Shown: one piece after another, positions 12,821 to 26,462 of the stretch
How positions within the stretch are numbered: the stretch's first letter is position 1
How the letters are laid out: each line of letters begins with the position of its first letter
Assembly (NCBI GenBank): GCA_973895155.1
Contig: OZ316898.1
Coordinates: 7,427,079 to 7,491,078, forward strand
DNA length: 64,000 bases
Source of the DNA: Marsupella aquatica
Lineage: Eukaryota; Plantae; Marchantiophyta
Reading direction: 5' to 3'
Notes under the pieces: generated by a model
The model's database searches: none
Told to the model about the DNA's origin: nothing
The model's input: the letters and a program-made list of their open reading frames with translations, nothing else
Translations under genes and position numbers: made by a program

Positions 12821-13560
12821 ATCTGGTGATTTAGTAGTCTGGATACTAGCATTATCTAGCTACATTGTCCACCATAAATAGTGTGAATGTATAATTAGTG
12901 TGACATCAAAAATCTGGTGATTTAGTAGTCTTGATACTAGCCTTATCTAGCTACATTGTCCACCGTAAATAGCTTGAGTATATAATTAGTGTGACACTAA
13001 AAATATGATGATTAGTAGTCTTGATACTAGCCTTGTCTAGCTACATTGTCCACAGTAAATAGTGAGTATATAATTAGTGTGACACCAAAATTGCAGTGAC
13101 TCACAGTAAATTATGTGAACAGTTTTTGTTTTCTGCCAGAATCATACTAATTAAAAATATTAAGTCACACTGTTTACTTTGTATTGAGAGTCCACTTGAG
13201 TCTCAGTTTTATGCCTCATTCTCAGTGTACAGAATTCAGGGCTAACACCTCAATTATTGAGACCAAAAGAATGACTTCTTGTGAAGTGTAGTTAGTGTGA
13301 CACCGTGACTCACCCTATTTTAAGTGAGCCCTAAAATTTGAAGGGCTACCTGGTTAGTGTGACACCTGTGACTCACACTATTTCATGTGAGACCTAAAAT
13401 TTGAAGGGCTACCCCATTATTGTACGATGGACAGTGTAGCTAACCACCCCGACTTCTTGTGAAGTGTAGTTAGTGTGACACCTGTGACTCACACTTTTAT
13501 GTGACCGAACTACCCAATTAGTGTGATAACACTAATTGAGGTGGACCGTGTACCTAACCA
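12821..13560. repeat. 91-bp tandem repeat x3 followed by a cluster of palindromic AGTGTGAcacctgtgacTCACACT motifs
   Basis: atctggtgatttagtagtct..ctagctacattgtccac..ataattagtgtgaca at 12821, 12912 and 13003; hairpin-like motif at ~13294, ~13355 and ~13471. Confidence 0.8.
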
Positions 13561-14785
13561 CCATTGGGGTTGTAGAGCTAGTAGTCCTTTGTTGGCAAGT
13601 TATAAAGAAACAGGCATTGTTTTCCAGTCCTAGATTTTAATAGTGAACTCAACTTCCCATAACTAGTGTATTAGTTTTTCTTGTTTCCAGTAGTCTTTAT
13701 TCAAAGATGAAAAGACCAGTGCTAACTAATAGTTTTGGTGGATGGAAATTAGAGGCATCAGTGGGGTGGGATTGAAGATGGGTCGTCTGTCTCATTAATG
13801 GAATCGACCGTCTTGCTACTTGTCTTTCCTTTCGTAAACATTTTAACATCTAAAGAAGGAATTGGTCCTGGATCAATACGGACTCGAGGTAGACCAGATT
13901 TCAGTTGATGCAACCCAAGAACGCAAGTCTTTAATCTATGTCACCAAGGGAGTAGTCTTTGGTAGTCTCTGTTCAAAATCATTGGTCCACCTAATGTGCA
14001 AGGAAGTGGCAGTAGTCTTTGGTAGTCTCAAGGAAGTGGCAGGGATTTTTCCCAAGGTGTGGACGACTTGCTTCATTGTAAACTTGCACTTCGCTGCCTC
14101 GATAGCCATCTCAATGACCAAAGAACCCTCAGAGTTGGCTAAAAACTAGACCCCATCTCGTGACACTCGAAAAGAATGTCAGAACATGAACACTGCGGAC
14201 CCATGGCAGATTCACAAGGGAAAGCCTCGTGTGGAAACAACTGGCTACATTAGGCTCTTACTTTCATCATATCGTGTAGATTTGAAGACGAGAATTTAAG
14301 GGAAAACTGGCTTTACCTGCTACTGTACTTCGCACGAGAAAATATGAAGGTCTGCACAAGACTCGGGAATTTGTTGGAAAGGGCATTTCGTACTTGGCTC
14401 AGATATTTGACCTACAGAGATCCAACTACTTCCGAGGAAACTAGGCTCACCTCATAGAATTCTCATCCACAAATCTACCTACTGACACGAAAGAAACTGT
14501 TCACAGATCTTTACGTTCTCTCCGTCGACTGTCCAGTCATAATGAAAGTAGTGCATGTTCCCAAACTACCCACTATGCTCAGCTCGCACTGCTCTCGTTG
14601 TCGAATGCGACGAATGCTAAACATATCGATCCTGGTGAAAGTGTTACAAGCTACACAGTGAACTGAGACTGACGTTGCAAATCTCCTATCAAATGCGTTG
14701 GTGAAGCAGTTTACAGTATCGGCCGGTCTGATTGAGTTGAATTGCCAAAACCTTGTTTTTGAGTGGTGAATTTTTGGACACTGAG

Positions 14786-14879
14786 CAATCCAATCCAATC
14801 CAAACCAATTCATCCCAATCCACTCCAACCAACTGCAATCAACGATAGCACGCCAATCCACTCCCAATTCCAGTCCAAC
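14786..14879. repeat. Degenerate (CCAAT)n microsatellite in the Rho-GDI 3' UTR
   Basis: caatccaatccaatccaaaccaattcatcccaatcc... lies immediately downstream of the Rho-GDI stop codon. Confidence 0.6.
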
Positions 14880-17800
14880 CTACCACTCTTTGCGAATATC
14901 GAACGAGTAATCAATCTCCAAGTAGCACTTCTCGTCATCGTCTACAAACTGCACCACAACAAGTGACACCGATTATGCTGATTAACATTTTAGGCAAAAT
15001 TTACATGAACATGAGAAGCATTGGCCGCCATAATGGTGACATAAAGATTCTCCTTCAAGGGGACGTCAAAGTGCGGAAACTTACCATCATTATTTCAATT
15101 CGGCACATTCTACTTCTATTATGATGCTGAAGCCAGCTAAGCAGCCAAATCTGTTCTACAATCTGCACACTGCCTATTCAGCATCTGAACAAATATACAG
15201 ATGGACTCTCACCTTGGTTTTGGCAGTGTATGAACCACGTGCAAGGAGGCCAGAAGGAGTTGTCTCTTCATCCATAACCTGAGTATAAGGCTCGTGCTGT
15301 GGACTGAACGTGCCCAGCATGATCTTGGTGTGGTCCACTGCATTCAAAGGTTAGGGCAATCCTCCATGTTAGAAGGGCGGCGTAAGTGGAGGTCCAACGT
15401 AATTACGCAAAGAGACAAATTGAGTACATCGTGGATTACAGGATTCCTAGCACACCGGCAGCCGGGAACAGAGCGCATTTACGAGGCAAACCCTGTGCCG
15501 TGAGAAAATGAGAACCACCCTGGCATTATAAACAGTTTGACCACGAAGAAAAGAGGCCAGACACTCTAACGAGAGGTCCCTTATGTCTAGCATAAAACCA
15601 GCTGTCCAGTTGAGCAACTTGATCCTCTCCTCTCTATGAAGGGTTGACCTGAGAAAAGATATCAGAGGAGACGCCTCTGAAACAGGGGAGAAAGTACGAG
15701 AACTTTTGAGGACAATCCGAAATACATGTTCCTCAACGACGCACGATGTACAAGCTGGATTGAGCCCGCGAAACTGGGATGTACAGTAACAGTCGAGACT
15801 ACCAACATGGGGAAATAAGATCGCCTGGCTGATATTTATCAGGCAGACATTCGACGCTAAATAAACGAATTCTTTCTCACCAATTTTCTGAGTAGCATCA
15901 CTGGAGAACTTCGGGAATACGCCCAAGCAAGAAATGAAGATTACTAGAATTCAACACGAATTGCAAATCTTTGAGCGACGCCAAACGGTTCTAAAACACT
16001 GGAATAACGTTAAATGTTCCGAACACGACATAAATCCTTTTTCACCGACGCCAGTAACTGTACGACGTGACTCCTGTCAATTAGCCGCAATTAGAATCGC
16101 ATGATGGTTACAGGGTGCAAGCTCACAAAACCTGGCAACCGGAAAGTGGTCCCCACTCCATACCAGATTTAAAAAATTCCAAACGCACCATACGGAGGTA
16201 GAATCGTTCTCTCCCAAGCGAGCTGGGCATGTTTCAAGGATCTCCAGCAAACCACGCAGGTCGATATTCGCGCCAAAAATCGTACCACAACTCCAAACTA
16301 GGCTTCAACGGAATCCTGAAGGCCTTTTTCAAGCTCCTAACGACGTTTTGAAATGGACTCGTGACAAAATGAAACACAACTACAAGATTCTGTGAAGGGG
16401 CCCCTACTTACCCTGCATACCTCCCTTCCAAACAGTGTGGACGTATTTGAGCCCCGAGACAATGTTGTGAAAGACTGTGAAGGTGAATTCGAGTCTGTAG
16501 ACGGAGCCTTCCTTCAGAGAGAAAGTGACTCCTCTTGTGCTAGTGAGAGGAAGAGGGATGGTGATCGCGGGTCGCCCCGGGGACATCAGTCTCAGCGTCC
16601 GAAACTTAACCTCCGGCTCCACAACGTCTGCATCATCCCCAGGATTGCATTAATAAAATAGGACTTGGGAACGTGAAGCGTATGGAAACCACATTATCTA
16701 TCTCTGTAAGTGATGCAGCTGCTTTCCTCCAATTTATCCGTCTAGTTTGCTTCACCCTGCTGTCCATTCTCTCGAAAGTCCAGGAATTTGACCAGGCGAT
16801 GACGACGTGTTGAAACATTTCCCCAGGATCAGAATGTGCAGGAACATGATTGGAACTGCTCTTAATCGTCATGAAAAGACCTTACAGCATGACGTTTTAG
16901 AAAACTACATCCATCAACCAGACTAAAGGAGGCGCAGTCACGCGCGTTACGGATATAGCTGAGCTCGACCTACTCACTCTCTCGACCGGAAACGCATGAA
17001 CAGAAAATGATCACTCTATGAACATAATTTGGAAACGGTGACTTCGGAACAAAATTGCAAGAAAATAGTTTCAGCAGACTTTAAAGCCTGTGATCGGCAT
17101 TCTTGACAGAAAGATTGAGCAAGCTTCGTTAACTTCATTCAAACCAGTTGCATTAAGATCCTATGGCGGGAGACTTTTCAGTGCTGAGAACGTGTAAATT
17201 CCTTTACTCCTGTGGCAGAACCTCACCAGGAAATAAATACATGGAACTTGTCCGACAGGACAGTACAAAGGCAGCAGGAGGTGGAGCAAGCCAATGTATA
17301 GTCACAGAGGATGCTCTAAATCAAGTAAGGATTTCAATCGAACAAATCGATTCCAATCAAAGAGGTCTTACGGGAGTCCAGGTGGTCACTGCTCCCAAGC
17401 AGTTGCTCTTTCCATCGCCTCAAGCTCTCATCCTCCTGCTCTTAGTAACACGAACCAACCAAAAAACCAGAAATCAGTATTCGGCGTCAAGTGTCATCGA
17501 GCAAAACGCTAGACCACCATCTAATAGTTAGACAAACAGGATTCTAGATTGTCGACATCAACTCCTCGTGTTAAGACCATCGACAGAGCGAATTTCAGAA
17601 CCGCGAAGGAGTTGAACGCTATCTCAGGACTTGGAACTAATCTGGACGGACTTTCACCCGTAGCAGAGCCCGTGTGTGAAATCAAATAATCTAAAACGGT
17701 GCATCGATAGATCTTTCCCTTTAGATTAACTCAGGCACCGCAGGGAGTTTGCGTGTGTTGAGGAAAATCATTATTCTGACGTCATTGAGATGCTTCCCTT

Positions 17801-18521
17801 TATGCTCTTGACCCATCTTGGAAAACTAGCGATAAGACCGACGGGCAAAATTGAAGCAAAGGAGCAAGCAGGCGAGAGAGTTAAATATAAGGAAGAGACA
17901 GAAAGACAATTCGGAACGTATCGATCCGCAAAGTTTCCCTTCTCCTCTGTCATTGTACGAATAAACCTAGCACAGCAAGTCTCGTCCCGTAGTGCAAAAC
18001 AATCCTCGAAAACATAAATGTAGTTGAGTGAATAGGCCGTAAAAAATCTTTAAGACTTACGAAAGGCTTGCCACGAGCTACCAAGAACTGATGTTCGTCA
18101 CCAACCAAGCGATGCTTTCACTGACTAAACATACTCTTTATCCTGATGCACAATGCAGGGTGCTTCAGGGAGGGGAGCTTACCTTATCCTTTTCGAGCTG
18201 ATCTTTGAGACTCACCAAGGTCCCCAATCCCCCCAAAACCGACTCGTCGGCAACGGGAGCTGATCCGCACTCCTCGTCCTCAGAATCGTTGCAGGAAAAG
18301 GTACTAAACTGTCCTTCAAGCTCTGTCGGAAATGTATCCTCCGCTTCAGACGGTCCAGCAGGCTGCGCAGCTGCCGCGCTCACTTCTGCTGCCGCTGCTG
18401 CTTTTGGTGGAGGGTTTACTTCCGCTTGTTTCTGTCCCGAACGCGCTTTAGACTCAGATTTATGTAGCGAACTTGTGAAATTGTTCTTCGTGCGAGTCAT
18501 CGCTGCCACTAACATAGACAT
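14880..18521 (-). CDS. Rho GDP-dissociation inhibitor (RhoGDI/RopGDI), 5 exons: 18521-18183, 17435-17372, 16627-16412, 15337-15213, 14948-14880; 270 aa
   Basis: All four introns are GT-AG and phase-consistent. The spliced protein reads SLKDQLEKDK-EDESLRRWKEQLLG..EPEVK..FSLKEGSVYRLEFTFTVFHNIVSGLKYVHTVWKGG..MLGTFSPQHEPY..EETTPSGLLARGSYTAKTK-FVDDDEKCYLEIDYSFDIRKEW*, typical of plant RopGDI. Confidence 0.95.
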
Positions 18522-19711
18522 CGTTGCTCAATTCCGCGCTCAAAGCCAGAGGTCTCCAACTGATACAGAACGACAATGATCCTGTACTCCTTTGTGTACC
18601 ACAGACCCCTCACGCACCTCCTTATATATCAGCCTCTATGCCCAACCGAACAATGTTGCTTGCGGCAGACGATAAAACCACCGATCCTCATCTCATGAAA
18701 TGGCCTATCTTCCTAGTCGATCCACAAGGCCTCGATCCGCAAACAGAAGGGAGCCGACAGAAAGCCCATTCACCACAGCAGCGGTGAGCGGCCCACATTG
18801 CGTTGCTTATCGACATGACCAAAATTCAGTCATTAGACGATCGCCCACCGATGGAGAACATCGCTTTTGGGTTTCAAGCAGGGAAGGAAAAGATGCAGTC
18901 AGCTACTGACCAAAAACGGAGACATCCCTCTCCACGCAACAGAGAGCAAATGACATTCAAGCCAATGCCACCATCTCTCTAAAAACCAAATCCTTCACAA
19001 AGCGAAGCAAGCAATGCACTAGGCAGGTCTAAAGACAGACCATCATCAATCCATCCCCCACCGACAATTCAAATCCAGTAGTAGTAGTAGTAACGCGTTA
19101 GAGCTCTGCATCCCATCTCGCCCCCCCACTCCCCACCGCAGTCCTACACTGTCGGACCTCTAAAAAGTTGCCCCAAAGAACGTTTCGCAGAAGAAGAAAA
19201 ACTGCCTCTCGACCTTGACATTTAAAATCGCCGAAAAATGCTCACGAATCGAGGGATCTTCCGAGCGTCATTGGGACCCCTCACTCGCAGCGACACGGAT
19301 CCACGGAGGTACAGTACAGCGTCGTCACTCGTTTTTGCTCAGTAGTCGGTACAGTGCTGTCCTGTGTACGAGACTGCGGTACCCACCTTCCCGTCATCTC
19401 GTATGCAGAGATTATTCAGTCATTCAGAGAACTGAGAGAAGGGACTGGTCCGACTGGACCGGACTGAATGACTTATGAATCAATAATATGATTTTTGCAG
19501 TTTTGTCTGCCCGAGGAACAACACTCATTACATACGGCCTCAACTTCCGCGCTCAATGAATTCACGACCCTGACACATGTGGGGACAATTCATTGGGGAC
19601 GATGGTTCCTCGATAATTCATTTATTGTGTCCTATAGAGGTCCCACCAAGGGACCACTCTCTTCATTTACATTTTCTTATCACATCACCCATTTACTCAA
19701 GTGAATTAAAG

Positions 19712-21112
19712 CAGGGTTCCATGACCGTACGATCAGGGAGCAGGGGGTCGCACGGATGCCCCAGGAACAGTGGGCTGCCTGCCACGCAGGGCAGTATCAG
19801 GGAGTGAGGGGTGCGGGAGTATCGGGGCGCAAGGAGGAGGGCGAGCCCACCCACTCCTTGCGGGTGCCATCGCCCCTTGAGGGCTACGGGCATGCCCCGA
19901 TCATGCGGCCAAAGCTACCGCCTATGGGCGGTAAAAAGCCGTCGCCCGACCCGGCCAAAATCTGCTCGACCCGGCTGCAGCGACCGGCCCGACCCGGCTC
20001 CATTCGCGCCGCGCTACGATGTCCGCCTCCCTCTCCTTCCCGCCTCATGAAATTTGCATAGAACTCTAGGAGCTCCTGCGCGCCATAGCTTTTCGTCGCT
20101 TCAAGGTCCCCAATGCTACTTCCACCATAGCTAGTGTTGTTGCTGCTGCAACCGCCATAGTTGAGCAATCGTGGTAGACTGATTCAGAAAAAGTTTTTGA
20201 ATGATCACAGCTGGATTGAGAGCCCTACGGATGATTCTGGAGATGAATTGAATATACAACAGATTTAATCAATTGACGAAGGAGGTGGGCTGAATAGAAG
20301 AACATCAATTATAGACAATCAGTACAATTTGAGTCTACTATGAGCATGCTGTGTTGACACATTTTGTAAATTGTGCCACAAAAGCAAGCCATGCATTCTA
20401 TGTCATTCAAACAATCAATAAAATCCACATTGAATACACACACCTCAAACGAGAGTCGAATTGTACAGCAGGAAATGTTCAATCCAACTTCAGGCTTGGG
20501 CAGTGAAAATAATGTCCATATCTCTCCTGCAGCTATGACTCCATGAGCAGAACTGCATGAGCTCCCACATATCATGTGATCATCATCTCTCTTTGAAGGT
20601 GCTAGCAACGAGTGTGCAGAGAACTTTTTCTGATCAAAATTGATGTGGAATTGATTTTAGGTTTGGCTGCTCTACATTGCTGGTCGAGACTTCAGAACTG
20701 ATGAATCTATGCAAGGAATGCCTCACAAATGCAGGGCGCATCGGCGATAATCAATTCCAGGAGAGCTATGGTGGAAGTTCGATCTCTCACTCAAGTTGCG
20801 GTTGTATCAAAAGCTTTGAAGCTGAAGCTATGGTATCGGGGCATGGCTTTGGTCTTCCATTGGGCTTGCATTTCAAACCCAAGTCTGGCTCACATTTCTC
20901 AACCTCAGTCGAACTGCTACTTTGGCCCGAGAAAAAAATCCAGAGGCGTCACGTTTGGGATCTGGGAGAGGGTGGGGAGTGAGGAGACAGGGGCAGGCTA
21001 CAGTCGCCCCATGCGACTGTGGCCGAGCCAGCCAACACCCTCCAAAGTTTTTGGGGTACCGTGGGCAAGGTGGGGTCCGCGCTCCTCACCGTATGCACAT
21101 TGAACCTCTCTC
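19712..21112. mobile_element. Putative foldback / non-autonomous Mutator-like element with long degenerate inverted arms
   Basis: Left end gggttccatgaccgtacgatcagggagc resembles the reverse complement of the right end (gaggttcaatgtgcatacggtgaggagc). An internal exact 15-bp inverted match exists (acttccaccatagct ~20118 vs agctatggtggaagt 20764). Arms are GC-rich. No TSD found. Confidence 0.45.
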
Positions 21113-22269
21113 TTAGTTTCAGTTTTTGTCATCTCCTCCATGAACCAATTGAGGAACTTGACGTAACCAAACTCATTTTCTGTCTTGCTAACCCTCCACT
21201 AACCTGAATGCGATTGCATAGTCGCCCGAGGTGATTCCAACATTGTTATGTGCACCATGGTCGCCTTCACCATGGTCGAATTTAAATTTTGGTTGCCGCA
21301 CTTTTTGAAGACATTCAGTGGCATGTCTTCTTTGAAAAGGCATTTTTCAAGATCATTTTGAATTGGACTACCGGAGCAATATACCAACTTGCAGTGACTT
21401 CATGTGTCCCCGCGGCGTCATTGTTTCATCGTGCATTTCACACGTTGGTCATGGCTATTTTATGGTATGTGATGAATGGTTGTAAATCAATTCTTTTTCT
21501 ATCAGCAAATACATACAAGCTTACAAGTTCAATTGAGTAACTAACCTTTTCAATCGTCTTGTACAATATTCCAGGGTACTCAGATATACAATTGCATAGT
21601 GAGACTGAGATCTTGTTTGCAATGTTGTGACAGTGCAAGTATGTGAGAGAGTGTCGTATAGTTTTATCACAGTACAGGTAAGTGAAGACACCTAATCATT
21701 GTACTTGTGTAGAACAACAAAAATGATTCTTGAGTGCATTAGGAACTACAAACATTCCCTTGTGCATTGCAAACTGATTTTGTATGACACGATACGAGGA
21801 TTTACTTTTGTACACCCAATTCAAACCACCTCGAATATTGTGTAAATATTGGACAATTAAATTGCACCTTTTTAAAAATTCATTTTGTGGTGATGGGAAC
21901 TAATTGTAGTTAGTATAGATAAAGACATTCAATTTGAAAATTTTACAAGTGAATAGTGTGTATGGACAATTATTTTTTGTAGTACAATGTCTATTTACTT
22001 TTCCATAAAATGCTTGTTAAATAAGCTATAGTGGTGGAGAGTGTTGATTTGATGTCTTTTGTGTATGATTTAGGTCTAATGGATCCTTTTGGTTCCTCAA
22101 AAACCTTCCACATGGCGCTTTAAACCCTAAACCAATCAATTGTGAACAGATCAAATTCACTTTTCATCATCAAACCCTTTTTCATTTGCACATCTGAATT
22201 GGTATTATAGAACAACATGAATTTTTTATGACTGTCTGACAAATTTTATTCAACACCATCTTCAAGACT

Positions 22270-23550
22270 ATGAGTATTGAAGACACATATGATAAGGAGG
22301 GTTGCAAGATCAAAAGTGTCAAACAATATTGGTGTTGTTATGCTCCCAATGACCTTAGAGGCCAAGCCTGTACTGATTTGACTCCTTCCAAAAAATTATC
22401 AAATGGTATAGTTTCTCTTTGTCGCACCACATTCACTGGGTATTCCTATAGGAGGGGATGCTTGTGTCATTTTCATGTGACCAGATTTGAAAATAGAGTA
22501 GATGCTATCAAAATTACTTGGTTGAATATGGAACATTTCGATGTTGTTGGAAATGTATATCATGGGATGTTAGAAAAACAACATAATTCTCCAATGCACA
22601 TGTTTCTCCACGAGTGTCCAATAAGTGTAGGACATTTGTTGAGAGACTTGTTCAAACTGGGGTGAAACCTTCTGAGATTGTGTTAGCTCACTTCAAGATT
22701 TTGAAAAATTATTGTAGGAACTTTCATTCCAATGAGCAAGATGATAAATATAGATTTTTTTAAGATATGTTACTCTCGCCAAATGATGTTAGAACCGTGA
22801 GAGAATCAATTAATAGGAAGAAAGTGAATTATAGCAACAAAAACCATTTGGCTATAAAGACTTGGGTAGCAAACAACAAAAAGAAAGTATTTTTGTATCA
22901 TCCAAACGATTCATATGATGATATACCCTTCATGCTAGGATGGACCACCACATGGCAAATTGGCAAGCTTGCACAATTGGGGCAAGGAAAGATAGTGGCA
23001 ATGAATGCACATTCGGCACCAACTTTTATGATGTAATTCTTATGCAAGGATATTTCATATTTTTGCTCATGCCATTCAAAATGAATGTCTACGTAAAGAT
23101 TGCAAATTTATTGGATGTTGTGTACTGATTATGGAACCATATCATGATTACAATTTTTCCTATTCACTATCATTGCATATGATCAATTTCAAAATGGTAT
23201 TCCAGTTACATGGTGCCTCATGGAATGCTGGAAGTCAAAACAAGTGGAATTATTTCTGAAAGCACTCAAGTAACTGGTTGGAAAGGCAATGGATGAATAT
23301 CTCATGCTTCCGAATTGGAAGTCAAATAGCTTTATCATTGATGTACATTGTAAGTCAGGAGATTCTTGCTATCATGTAATATCTTCCAATGCAAAGGTTT
23401 TATGAAATGGCATTTTTTCTTCAATACATTCCCACATTGAGAATAATGATGCTTTTGAATTTGTGTAAATTGCAAGAATGTATTCTTTGGTGATTCTATT
23501 AACATTTATTTTTGGCATGTTAGACGAGCTTGGTCAAAATTCACTCTTCT
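22270..23550 (+). pseudogene. Decayed MULE-type transposase / SWIM-family protein relic
   Basis: Motifs YWCCYAPND, RRGCLCHFHV, HFDVVGNVYHG, IKTWV..VFLY, PFMLGWTTTWQ, TFGTN, GIPVTW and WHVRRAW match Mutator-like transposase features; the region has frameshifts, stops and apparent introns. Confidence 0.65.
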
Positions 23551-23739
23551 TGAATAATTGTGAAGATAGGGAGTGAGTTGTCTTCGGTCTATCTCAGACT
23601 TACAGTGAAAATTTTCACATATTTTGAGTGACATCATACTTTTGAGTATGATGAAACTACAATTTAGTCTTCATCAATGAGAGGATTTTATTATCTTGAT
23701 AATAAAGTCTTCCCGAAGATAGACTGTGAGATGTCTTCT

Positions 23740-26455
23740 ATATGATGATATTCAAATCATTGGTTTATTGTTAGGAAGAAAAATGGTCAGATAAAATTTA
23801 TTCAAGACATGCAACCACCTAACAAGGTGACCATTAGGAATGTGGGAATCGGACCTATTATTGATGAAGTTTTTGAGGAGTTTGTAGGAAGAGCTATCTA
23901 TTCGATTAGAGATTTGTATTCTGATTATGACCAATTTCAGTTGGCTGAAGGGAGTTGTGACATCACCACCATGAGGATTCTTCTTGGAGTTTTGATGTGC
24001 ACTTTACCACAAGGTGCTATTAAGTGTGTTGCCCATATGCAGAATGCAATGAACAAAATACTCCAAGCTTGCATTCATTCTTGAAAAGACTAGACCATTT
24101 TTTGATGATATCCCCATCAAGGGCTTCGACAATTTGTTTAGAAGCATCTCCAAGATATTACAGTAATCCTTAAGCGTCGATTAAGATTGGGATTACCTTG
24201 TCAAGAGAAAAGTCAACCTTTGGACTCCATGAAATCATAGTGGTTGGGTAGCGGTGTGGACCTTATGGGCGGTTGCTTAACCAGGCTAAAGTTGATGTCA
24301 TCCAAGAGATGAGAGCATGTGAGAGTGTGAGTGAGGTGAGGAGATTTTTAGGAGCATGTGTGTTTTACCGTGTGTGGATCCCTCACTTTTAGGAGCATAG
24401 CGAATCCATTGTATGGGCTGCTTAGAAAGAAAGTGAAGTTTCTATGGAGTGATGAGTGTGAGAGAGCTATGACAAAGCTCAAGGAGTCGTTGATGAGTCC
24501 ACCAGTTTTGAGGCCACCAGACTATACTTGTGGGAGGCCAATTGTTCTTACTGTTGACTCTAGTCTTTTGGCAACAGGTTGGGTACTTGGCCAAGAAGAT
24601 GGAGATGACCAGAAGTTTGCTACTAGGTTTGTTGCCAAGATATTCAATGAGAGACATCATAGGTATCCACAGGTCAATAGAGAGTTACATAGGGAGCAAT
24701 TTAATGTGCCCTCAAACAAGAGAATGATTATTTGATAGGGGCACATGTAGTATTGCAGACTGATTGTCTTCCTTTGCTCGGTATGATTGCTAATTGTGAT
24801 ACCCCTGATATCACCATGCTCAAATGGATTGTTTTTATTTGCATGCTCAATCCTGAATTAAAGCATATTTTGGGTAAGAACAATCCAGTAGCAAACATGC
24901 TTTCGAGAGCTAGGTTTGAGGAGTGTGAGTCATGTGTAAATGTAGATAGGTGTGTGTGTGTTGCAAGTCATAAGAGAAAGAAGAAATTTCAGAGTGAGTT
25001 TAAGCTATTGGAGTTCAAGGAGGAGTTGTATTCCACAAATTTTTCAGTGATTGGAGAGTACCTTAGCATTTTGAAAAAGAAAAATGAGTGGAGTAGAGAG
25101 GAGTTTGAGAGAATTAGAAAAAAAACCTATGGTTTTTTTCTTAGAGATTGATACTTGTGGAAGAGACCAAAGAAGCAAGGATATTTACCCTTGAGGGTAG
25201 TTGATGATGATGATACACTGCATAATGTTTTGCAGGAGTGTCATAACTTTGAGGCTTCTAGCCACAAAGGGGTTCGAGCTACCTATGAGCAGATTTGACA
25301 ATTCTATTGGTGGTCTTGAATCTATGTAGATGTTATGACTTATGTTGAGAGTTGTGAGGTGTGTCAATTTTACTCAAAAGTCAAGCATAGAGATGGTCTT
25401 AGTCCCACTCATCCATTGTCTTTGCATTTCCAGTGGGTGTTAGATATTGTTTATATGCCAAGAGGGGTTAGAGGAGCTAAGTATTTGGTGCTTGCCAGAG
25501 AAGATTTGTCATCTTATGTTGAGGGTAGAGCTCTTGCTTCTAACAAGAGCGAGTCTGTTTGTAGGTTTGTGCTAGAGGATATAATATCCAAGCATGGTTG
25601 TTATATCAGATGATAGCAAATACAGGTGAGTTAACTCAGATGAGACTTGTCAGTTCTTTGCTGAGTACCACATTAAGCTTAAACTGACCACTTCCTACAA
25701 TCCAGAAGGAAATGGGAAGAGTGAGAGGGGTCACCCACCTATAGTGAGTGCTTTAGTTAAATCTTGTAGAGGTCGGGCTTCACTTTGGCCAAATTTTTTG
25801 CCACTTGCACTTATGGCAGATAGGATTACCTGTAGTTCAGTTATTGGTTTTGCACCAGTTGAGTTGGTCTCAGATCATCTACCTTTGATGCCTACCGAGG
25901 AGGTTGTACATAATTGGAGATCCATTGAGTGGAAAGATGAGGTTTCAAGAGAGAAACTCCTAGCAAGAAGAATTGAACATTTCAATTTGACACCAAGTAA
26001 AATTGATGAGGCCTTGGAGAAAGTGAAAGAAGCAAAAGAAGAGAGTAATTTAGGAAGATTTGATAGGAAGAAGAGACTTAGACCTATTCAGATTCAAGAA
26101 TGAGATTGGATTCTCATTTCGGATGAGAGCTTGATAAACCAATACTACTCTTAAAAAGTTTGCCTTGAGGTGGAGTGGACCATTTGTTGTGATGGAAGTG
26201 AGGGACAATGTTACATATAGAGTTCATGAGCTTGATGGTGTTCCCCATACCCATCTCTATGGAGCGAAAATGGTCAAGTTGTTCAAAAGAAGAGATCAAT
26301 TTGTTGATGACACCTTTTTGGAGGAAGATAGTAGTGTTGTGCTAGACGATGAGAATGATTTTGAAGGTGATGAAAGTGATTCATCTAACGGTAAGGTTGA
26401 TAGTGATGATACATTTGCGGTGTGGAGTAGGCCAGAGGCTACTCTGGTTTGGTGA
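23740..26455 (+). pseudogene. Decayed Ty3/Gypsy pol (RT-RNase H-integrase)
   Basis: RT WFIVRKKNGQIKFIQDMQPPNKV..DLYSDYDQF..LPQGA..FFDD; RH IVLTVDSS, LQTDCLPL, NPVANMLSR; INT CEVCQ, WVLDIV, YNPEGNGKSERGH and WSGPF. Many stops and frameshifts. Confidence 0.9.
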
Positions 26456-26462
26456 GGATGGA

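Noticed and set aside
12821-13560. Palindromic repeats as a CRISPR array
   Set aside because: Irregular spacing and repeated spacers; no cas genes.
13800-14160. Short ORFs downstream of Rho-GDI
   Set aside because: No domain evidence; partly explained by a short local duplication (agtagtctttggtagtctc).
18183-18521. Long Ala/acidic N-terminal extension of Rho-GDI as a novelty
   Set aside because: Variable, disordered N-termini are normal for plant RopGDIs.
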